Positions 30,216 to 40,329 of a DNA stretch of 57,049 nt are shown one piece after another. The notes beneath the pieces were generated by a model. The model searched no databases and was not told where the DNA came from. It was given only the letters and a program-made list of their open reading frames with translations. Position 1 is the stretch's first letter. Each line of letters opens with the position of its first letter. Source of the stretch: Trichoplax sp. H2 (lineage: Eukaryota); assembly GCA_003344405.1 (NCBI GenBank), contig NOWV01000160.1, positions 124,001 to 181,049 of the forward strand. Reading direction: 5' to 3'. The position numbers and the translations under genes are program-made.

Positions 30216-30569
30216 TTGCCTACCAGCCGTTGAAGATAAAATCCAAATTGCGCCAAATTTCACTGTGATCAGTTGACATGGTTCTAGAACTGTCATTCAA
30301 TATTCAAATATTGGACAGCACTGTAAGAACCAGTGTTGCATGCAATACAAGCAACTCTGGTATAAAGTCGCTTTACGGTAAGGTCGTAGCCATCCACTAC
30401 TGTCGTCTACCACTACTGAATGCGTACGTACTGTGTGCGATGACTCAGCTAACGCCAGTCACGGATAAGCAAATAAAATACTGTAGATTGATGACGCATC
30501 CAACTACACCCCATAACACAAAAAGGGGTGGTGTTCCATGGATGAGTCAGTGGATGAGTCATTTTTTCT

Positions 30570-31690
30570 AGTGATGATCCAGATCATACTCCACTAATCC
30601 ACCGATACAGTACAGTATGTCACATGCTGACGTACAGTAGTAAGATTGTACGAAGGATGATCACTGATTCAGATCATACTACAGTATATTAAAGTTCATC
30701 CACCGATATGTCCAATGCCGACGTAGTGTAGTGCTATAAGCTGCAGCGAATTCACGGTATAAAGTTATTGAACCTCTGACAGGTCTATCAAATGGTAATA
30801 CTATCCGTTAAATGAGCACATTATCGTAAACCGTCAGCAAAGCGACGGGAGTTTGCACTAGTACTATACTATTCCACCGACATGTCAGATGCTGACTTAG
30901 TGCTGTAAGCTGCAGCTTTACCTTACAGTAACATTGTACGAACGATCACAGCTGATTCAGATCATACTACTGTATATTAATCCACCGATATGCCAGATGC
31001 TGACTTAGTGCTATAAGCTGCAGCTTTACCTTACAGCAAGATTGTACGAACGATCATAGCTGATTCAGATCGTACTATATTAGTCCACCGATATGTCAGA
31101 TACTGACTTAGTGCTGTAAGCTGCAGCTGCAGCTGCTGCTTTAACTTACAGTAACATTGTACGAACGATCATAGCTGATTCAGATCATACTATACTATTC
31201 CACCGATATGTCAGATGCTGACTTAGAGCTGTAAGCTGCAGCTGCAGCCTTACTTTACAGTAACATTGTACGAACGATCATAGCTGATTCAGATCATACT
31301 ATACTATTCCACCGATATGTCAGATGCTGACTTGGTGCTGTAAGCTGCTGCTTTACCTTACAGTATCATTGTACGAACGATCATAATGGATTCAGATCAT
31401 ACTACAGTATATAGTACAGTACTATTCCACCGATATGTCAGATGCTGACTTAGTGCTGTAAGCTGCAGCTTTATCTTACTGTACGATTGTAAGAATGATG
31501 ATGACAACTAGTTCACACCATACTGTACTACCGTATACACTGTACAGTACTGTAAATCAAGCGATACACAACGTCAGATGCTGACTTACTGTACTGTACT
31601 GTAGTACTTGCGATACTGTACAGTACAGTGTGTACAGTACGCTGTAGCTTTATCTTACTGTAAGATTGTACGAACGATGATGACATCACC
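30570..31690. repeat. Minisatellite, unit about 105-118 bp, about 9 copies, palindrome-rich
   Basis: The anchor GTCAGATGCTGACTTAGTGCTGTAAGCTGCAGC recurs at about 30884, 30992, 31096, 31210, 31319, 31437 and 31573, with degenerate copies at about 30619 and 30710. Confidence 0.95.
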
Positions 31691-33257
31691 TCCAGACTTT
31701 TATCCATGACACAGTACAATTTACGGTGCCTACTGTACATTGTACTGTACTGTACTCTATCGTCTCTAGCACTACAGACTACTGTACTAGAGCGGACATT
31801 GGACACTGTCTTGTAATCATCCCCTGTCATAACTGTACTGTACTGTATATCGATCGATTCGACGCTTTCGGAAATCTTGGCAAAAGTTGACAAGCAAATC
31901 TTAAAATTCGGGTCACTCAAAGTTGGGTAGTTTACAAATACAGTACTGTATGATCATAGATTACATAATTTGAAATACAGCCGCAGCGAAATGGTATAGC
32001 TGTGTAAGGATCATACAGTACAATGAGCACATACCACAGTATACTGTACTGTTGATGCATTGGAATCCATAAATGATTTATGCCATGAATCCCATCAGCA
32101 GTACATCACCTGTAGCATTTCACGCTTAAGGAATCTGAATGGCCTGCAAAGAGTACATTATACGTGCGAGTCTTTTACCATAACAACCGAGTTATCCATT
32201 CATTTAACTCGCCCAAAAATGAATTTTCATTTACCACATCTTAACAAATGAAATATCATCTAGGATTACGAAACCCACAACAGACTAGAACGTCAAGACC
32301 TATAAATCCAACAGACATCCAGCTCAATCGTTTATTTCTGTCATGCGTTGCATGGCCAGTCAGTACCATTCATCAATATCTATGATGGAAATTTCTCCTA
32401 TAAACTGATCAGGTAAATGACGTAGTTATAGACTCATTTAGACTGAATACCAAATCCTCATTTTCCCTCAGAGTGTCATGCTCAACTGCAAAAGCCGTTT
32501 AAAAATCGCTCTACTCGTATACGCGTAAATTAGATAACTATCAATCAACTTCGCATGCAGTCTCACTTTCCAAACATTAAAATTCGTACCGTACAGTATA
32601 ATGCCATTATGATTCACTTCTAATGCGTTCAGTAGCTCAATTTTAAAGTTACGTAAGTCGTGAGATGATACCCAATATCGAGGTAAAATGGCTTGCAACA
32701 GCTTATTCTAAGTGCCATTAATCTACTGCGTAATAATATAAATAAGCACATGCATAATACAATAAATATATATATATATATATATATGTCCCTTTAAGCC
32801 TAGATGACGGTAATCGCTTAATGAATCAATCGTCGACCATTAGGCTGCTATGAATATTTTCATAAGCTACCTGATGATTCTAGACATAGATGCAAATAGA
32901 CATAACTTCATTGATTTAATTTTAAGTACTTTACTTAGAATCTGCAATAAAACAATAAAAATTACCTTGATCGGTTCGTTTATCAGTGTTCTTTATTTAG
33001 CACAGTAGTATTTTATTATACATCATGAAAAGTACTTTGGCGTATAAAAAAGTAGCAGCTTGCATATAAGTATACAACAACCGAAGATATGTCTGGATGC
33101 TATGATGTACAGCAGCTGCTAACAATTAATCAAGTCACTTAAGTATTGAAACCAGCGGCAAACCTTACTAACGCCAACGGATGCCATTGATTGTCGGTGG
33201 GTGACATACTACGTATACTCCGGGAACGTCAATGTCACAAAACATTTATCTTAAGGG

Positions 33258-36200
33258 TTATTTTTTAGGAGGTGATCTATATCAAAAGATCAATCATTAC
33301 GTTAGTAACACGCTACATATGTACAATTTCATACCGTAACATTATCCTTCTCTTAATCAAGCAATAACTATTATATTGTAAGTAATTGTAATAAGCCAGC
33401 TCTAACTAACCTATAAACACCAACTACTACAGCATGATCTCTTTCGTACGGCTCTAAAGTAATTTGTTCCTGTGGTTTCATCTTTTCTGTTTGCATTTTC
33501 TTAACCTCGCCAGCAAATACAGCAGCTGGTTCCGCGGTAGAATCAATACAGTTTGCCTGAAGAGGATTACATGTATAGGTTTAATTTCAACAACAAGCAA
33601 ACTGATCAGATCATCTAGAACTAATAATCAGAATTGCCATAAAAATCGATGTTAATTTTTACATTTAACTTACTTTAATAGATATTACAAAGTGTCCTTC
33701 ATTTTTCAAGAAATGATGTGCATTTATGGCAACAATTCTTGTCTGATCAGGCTGAGCAACATCAGCAAATATTACATCCACCATTCCTATGTGGTAGCAG
33801 CACAAGCAATGATACGTTACTCTATGACAACTATGAAAGTGTAACTAACTACTTCACATGACAAAAAACCGGACCTCGAACAGGAGGATGCATGAACAGA
33901 GATAAAAGAGCTTATTGCCTGTGTGTGTGTGTTCTACTTACCAACGAGCATACGATACTTATGAGGATGCCTTGCATCTTCTATAATTGGAATAATATTT
34001 GTTCTCTTTTTGGCAACATTAATTAAATCACGACCCGATCGATGAGAAAATTCAACAGCATACACTAAGCCATTCTACAAATTATGAATATTTTCATTCA
34101 TTAATTTCATTGAAATCCACGAATAGAAGCAAGTCATGATAGTAAAAAGCAAACGTACAGGTCCAACTATATCAGATACATGAGAAACGGTCGTTCCGGA
34201 TGCAGCACCCAGGTATAAAACTTTCGCTCCAGGTTTAATGTGAATCTTATCAATTCCACCCAAAATTGCTGCAGCTAGTTTCGATCTAAAAGGATTCCAA
34301 ACTCTATATTCGATTTTGGTTTGTTCTTCTCCTGACTACATCAGTCAAACCAAATGTAAAGTGGGAATAATTACAATGAGTAAGATAGCACGACTTAGTT
34401 TCTCTTTCATAATGGTGTATGACCACTTAGCATTTTAGACAGCATCAAACAAGTAATAGTTCACAATCTGCTTCACATTACCGGTGTATCTTCAACAGTC
34501 ATACGTTTTTCGCCATAAACCGATTCTCCAGGAACTAAATTTTTCGTAACTAATACGTCCTCCTTACTACGAGCTATAAAGACACCTTCGTGACGATGGG
34601 GTTCTATCATCACTTTTCTGGGACCTCTATTCATTCCGCCACCACCACCTCGCATGCCACCACGGCCACCTCTGCCGCCGCCGCGACCGCCACCGCGACC
34701 GCCACCTCGACTGCCACCACGACCACCGCGAAAGCTGCCTCCACCTCGGGGGCCACCGCGACCTACAGCAGACAACAAAATTGACTACTTAATCCTAATT
34801 TGCTCTTTACGAAACTTTGAAGCATAATAGAAATTAATGTGCACATTAACACAGTTCTATAGATCGCCTATTGATAATCTTAAACCTGCGGTAGGCTATT
34901 GGTTGATCATTACGGAAAGGAAAGATTTAAAATTATCAATCTAGACAATGTATGCTCAGGATGCGCAAGTTTCATGTTGATATGTCGTAAAACTGAATTA
35001 ACGTTTAAGCCGCAAATTAACATCGAAACGCTGCAACAGCACATAGCAAGACCTGATACAGAACATTTCCACACACAAGATAACTATGAAAGGGGAAGGT
35101 CTACTTGAATCCTTAAAATCTTTAATTTTAAGATTTAAGGATTGAACAAGGCACCTTTCAAAAGGAGTATAACTTGCAATCGATGGTAATGCAAGATAGC
35201 CAATGGATACTAATACACGTATATCAATAAGCACCCATCGGCATATACACCTTAAGCAGTAATATCAATATCCGTAAATTTATAGGATAACACCTTGAAT
35301 TATCGGTAAGCAATTACGATCAGCCCATCTACCTCATGGCCAAAAGCACTGTCGACTCAAACACTTAAATTTTATTGCTCAAAAGAATTAAGTTAAGAAA
35401 GCCTGTAGTTGATATTCGTACAGTATAATATCATCAAGATGAAGGTTGACGGTATGTATGTATTACTATAAATTGATTTGTTTGATGTAGCCATACAATT
35501 TTAATTGCAATCTTATACTTCTTCACGGTACGTTAGATCATTTGCTAAGGATGGTGACATCATGGAAATATAGCAGCGTATTTTGGTGAAGTAAAATAAA
35601 CTACTGAAAGGACGTGATACTAGGCAAAGCCATCATCACGATGTTGAATACAAAGTTAATGAGATCATTTCTGAACATTACTTCATCTGTCGTAATTGTA
35701 CCAACGTAAGCATTCGACATAGACACCTTTCAAAAATGCAGGCGTAAGCGTTGGGAATGTGCTAAGGCAATGGAGGAGTGCCAAGCAGTTCTTGCTTCGG
35801 TCAAGTATATCTATCTCTCCAATTTTTATCAATAGTATGAGCATGCTTTCATCGACACATCACTCAACTCGATTCTACACATAGATTGACGTTGATCCTT
35901 CGCCATCGTTCAGCAATAACAACAACTAGGAAAAGGTAATGGATCCTTATTGAGGCGAGAATAGAAGGTCATTGTTGACTCTCGGTTTCTGTAGCATAAC
36001 TGTGTACAATAATGCGAAAATCATCGCCTCAATTACATCGGTGAATCTTAAATGCAGGTAAGCAAAGAAATTCAAGTTGCACACCCAGAACTTGAAAGCG
36101 AGCGATTGATAGTAGTACGTGACATATCAAGATTCAAGTGGCCTCTCCTAAGCATGATCTATCCATTTTCCACTAGGCCGTAACTCAATGCTACGATATT

Positions 36201-36414
36201 ACCCTCACTACTACGTTGGTTTTCTACACTGTAGAATAATTCATAATTAATTATTCAACTTACCACCGCGGCCACCACCACCGCCGCGACCACCTCCACC
36301 TCCACGTTGGAATCCAAAACCTAATCAAGCAACATGATTGCGTCAACGTAGATCGACCTTGCTAACAGAATAGCTCAAACTTCACCTCTATCAATTCATA
36401 CCTGGTCTACCCAT
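33258..36414 (-). CDS. FBL: Fibrillarin (rRNA 2'-O-methyltransferase, box C/D snoRNP core), 8 coding exons
   Basis: Exons 36414-36402, 36320-36264, 34762-34482, 34335-34159, 34074-33942, 33786-33674, 33556-33411 and 33276-33258. GAR domain, [70 protein letters not shown]. Confidence 0.97.
34352..34466 (-). ncRNA. Candidate intronic box H/ACA snoRNA in fibrillarin intron 3
   Basis: Hairpin, H box AGAGAA (34405-34400), second hairpin (AAGU/ACUU lower stem, UUAC/GUAA upper stem), then ACA (34357-34355) plus 3 nt. The 3' pocket strand UUAUUCC complements the conserved 18S segment GGAAUAA. Confidence 0.4.
34763..36263 (-). other. Unusually long, densely structured fibrillarin intron 2 with box C/D motifs
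   Basis: 1501 nt, against about 80-155 nt for the other six introns. Multiple 8-14-bp complementary pairs and C/D boxes (see findings). Confidence 0.6.
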
Positions 36415-36620
36415 ATTCCTTCCTTACTTTATTATTAACTTAACCAAATGGCAGATTTTCAGAAAAAAAATAGCACGGCCAACAAATGAAATCCGATAGT
36501 TTCAGCGTGGCCTAACAGCGATTGTCAATCGTCGATTCTGTACTATGTCTTGCACACAGGCAGCCACTTGGACAACATCAACTGGAAGCACGAGGAGCAG
36601 GAATTCCTGCAACTGAAGGC

Positions 36621-36634
36621 ATTGCGCATGCGTA
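36621..36634. promoter_or_regulatory. NRF1-like palindrome upstream of fibrillarin
   Basis: TTGCGCATGCGTAA about 200 bp upstream of the ATG. A similar GCGCATGCG lies at about 28836. Confidence 0.4.
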
Positions 36635-37464
36635 ATAGTGTGACTCTCCACTGAGTTGGAAAAGGGTCACAGTTCTGACACCCGGTAGAAAATGAAGCTA
36701 AAGCACTGGTACACTTCTTCTCCACCCATAGTGTTTCATGAGTGACAACGAGTAGAACAGTTGAAGACTAGATTTACTTGGTACTGACTGGTGATACTGA
36801 TGTAGTGAGCGCGGACTACTGTACTGGACATTGCTGTACGGTGTTCGACGTAATCCGAGATACTGTGCATTGGATATGGCAATTTTTGCATCAATTTGTA
36901 CAAAATTGATCGCAACTGCATGGTTTTAATATGTAAAGATAGCTCTTGATTCTTGGCTAAGAAGTTTGATAACGATTGGTCTTTTTTCAAAGCGTTTTAC
37001 CCATAGTTTTTTGCTTTTTACTATTCCAATATATCCAAGAAAACGGATCCTATTGTACTGTATTATGACGTAACTACAGTGTACAGTTTATTGTACTGTA
37101 CCAAGGACTAGCAAAGACGGAAAACGTTTTTCTGTCAAACAAGTCTCTGACTGGACCTACGACTACTGTTTGAGTCTACTGTACGCTAGACGCATATTGT
37201 ACTGTACGCCTTTACGGATGTTTATTACTACTTTGCGATTCTAAGATGGCAAAGTTACAGAAATGAGAAATTATTCCTCTTTGCTTTCGTATTTTGACTA
37301 GATATTGAATCGAAAATTTAAATAATGCATCATAGGCAATTTAATCAATCAACATGTGAGCATATTAAAAATGGAGTTCTCTAGCGAAATATTGGTATAA
37401 AGTACCCTATTTAGACGTTACTGGATGTTCTAGTTTTCTCCAGCTAAAGACAAAATAAGCGTAA

Positions 37465-38240
37465 CGTACAGCGATGTGTGCAGTAGAAGATTTTTGCTAG
37501 CTAGGCGAAAACTATGCATCGCACAGCAAACTTGCGACTTGATGGATGATGTAATGAATTCATGGTACAGCGATGTGTACACTGTACAGTAGTAATACAG
37601 TACAGTAGGAGATTTTTGCTAGCTACGCCAAAATTATGCAACGCACTGCAAACTTTAGATTTGATGGATAATGTCATTAATTCATAGTACAGTAGTAGTA
37701 AATTACAGCAGCAGATTTTTGCTAGCTACACGAAAACTATGCAACGCACTGCAAACTTTAGATTTGATGGATAATGTAATTAATCCATAGTACAGCGATC
37801 TGTACAGTACAGTAGTAGTACATTACAGTACAGCAGCAGATTTTTGCTAGCTACACGAAAACTATGCAACGCACTGCAAACTTTAGATTGATGGATAATG
37901 TAATTAATTCATAGTACAGCGATGTGTACAGTAGTAGTAAATTACAGCAGCAGATTTTTGCTAGCTACGCCAAAACTATGCAACGTACAGCAAACTTTAG
38001 ATTTGATGGATAATGTCATTAATTCATAGTACAGCAGTAGTAAATTACAGCAGCAGATTTTTGCTAGCTACGCCAAAACTATGCAACGTACAGCAAACTT
38101 TAGATTTGATGGATAATGTCATTAATTCATAGTACAGCAGTAGTAAATTACAGCAGCAGATTTTTGCTAGCTACGCCAAAACTATGCAACGCACAGTAAA
38201 CTATAAACTTGATGGATAATTAATGTCATTAATTCATATG
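37465..38240. repeat. Minisatellite, unit 103-125 bp, 7 copies
   Basis: The anchor GATTTTTGCTAGCTA starts at 37489, 37611, 37714, 37839, 37953, 38056 and 38159. Confidence 0.95.
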
Positions 38241-40329
38241 GACCACTCGATGCATCTAGACTAGCTCATGAAAATTTCATTCATGTTAAAGTTAACCATT
38301 ATCCTGCTAAAGTGGCAGCTATGCTACATGGGTACCGATAGTAATCAATGTAAAATTTTCTCAGAGATGGCACACAGCAGCGAAAAATGCTGCATGTCCA
38401 TAGGTAGCGTACACAAATGGGGGGGGGGGGTACTGCTCACGCACTGGTTTTCAGGTAGCGCACATACAGTAGGTGTCAAGTAGATCTGAGAAAGGTTCGG
38501 TTCAAATCGTTATGATCTACTGTATATAGTCAAGCTATTTTGAGTGGAAAACACTCGCGATCGATTTGGCACATCTTCCAAAACGACAAGCTATTCAAAC
38601 GAGTGCAATGGGGCGGTTAGAGGGTCTTTAGGGCGGGCGGATGGGGATAATGTTCCACATAGCTTAAAATACAGAGTTACTATGAAACTTTACAATTTTG
38701 GTAAGCACTTGTACTCAACGCTCTGCACACTGCACAGTAGAAATCATATCCGGCAACCTTTCTCGACCATCGCGATTTAATGGCATATCATTTATTTTGC
38801 CATTTTTTAATTTGACACGCGTGTAGAAAATATTCAATTTCTACCTCAAATCAACGACTTGAATGGCTGTGTACGTCTCATGTCGCAGCGGTTAGTCCAG
38901 TCAAGTGCGTTTAATTTTGATTCGTACTCGGTACGTTTGACAATGGATTATAAGTGCATACTGGGCTGTCTATTTTGCAGGGGAAAAACTTTTCTGTTGG
39001 TAATAGACAGCATTCTACAGGTGCTGTTGGAGAGATTACTTTACAAAAGTCTTCTTTCTGCAATATTGCAATAATTATTTCATGCATCAATGTATAAAAT
39101 GAGTATGGAAGTTTACAACATGAGGCTCGTATCGACCAAACTTCTTTACCAGTTTCAGTTTTATGTTGATACTAGGTTATGTATCTACTACAAGTAGCAG
39201 GACTGATCCACACATCAGATATACATGGCAAGCAATGACTGGCAGTATATCTCTCACTTGAAATGCTATTCCATTTCTCCGTATTGGACAGGAAATCTAT
39301 TTATTGCACCTTCATGAAATCACCTGCACCTTATATTGAAATGAAAATTTCAAGCGAATTTGGACAGTTATCATCTGTAGTGGTCCAGCATGTTGAGCAA
39401 AGCTAGTTTGACCCGGAAGTCATTCAACACCGATTATAATCTAGTATAAATAACGAAAATGCATATCGACTTCTGTCACTTTGCCACTATGTAAACCCTT
39501 TCTATTGATATTATCCTCATCCATCAACAAACACACGCGTATCAAATACTGAAATATTAAGTAGTAAGCAGGTAACAAAGAAATGACAACAGGCGATAAT
39601 TCATAAATGCACATAGATGAATTACAAATACATAACTTCATTGCCACTGTGTTCAAGAAAATGGACGAAAAATATCCATTGGCCGCATAAATAATTGGAT
39701 GTACCACGTGTACATCAATATTGTTAAAAATTCGTTTTTCGAGTATAGTTTATCTATTCTAAGGATAATATTTGAGTAGAGGATGTATTCTGGAGTTGCA
39801 TGCTAAATTAGCAATGGCTAATATGAAATTAATAAGAAACCGCTATCTTTGAAAGACAGTAATAGCTGAAGATGATTTTGATCAAGGAATTGTAACAGTC
39901 CCTGATTTGTACCAATATTATCCAACGTTTTGCAATTGTTATGATGGATCAAAATGAACTAGCGGTATAGGAAATAAGTCTAATTTATCACGCGCGCTAA
40001 TAAACTCTTAGCTAAATGGATTAAATCATCGTGCGATCATCAATGGTAATATTACAATTTCGTATCAATCGATTCAATTAGGCAGACTAGCGCAAGATAT
40101 AAATATACGAGAACAATTCATTAAATGGTAGTGATATATTCTGGCAAGAAAGAAAAGAAAATGCTGTCATCAATAAAATATGTAATCTGATAATGCTGAT
40201 AGCGGCGCCGTTACTTCTGCTTTTATACGCTTAGCCTACCACTGGATTTTTTTCATGGCTTGATGATGTCTATTATCTCAAAGCCGATTATTCCTATATT
40301 ATGAACCTTTACAATTAAGTAATCTTCAC

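Noticed and set aside
31528-31920. 130-aa ORF rich in QYSTV
   Set aside because: Product of the TACAGTA/TACTGTA low-complexity cluster.
34763-36263. Telomerase RNA, U3, U17/snR30 or RNase P RNA in the fibrillarin intron
   Set aside because: No (CCCUAA)n template on the sense strand and no U17 m1/m2 motifs. The GATCATTTCT (35662) and GGAAGGTCT (35094) matches are short, antisense to the host and lack partner elements.
30570-38240. CRISPR-like appearance of the two 105-bp arrays
   Set aside because: Whole units repeat without unique spacers, there are no cas genes, and the context is eukaryotic.
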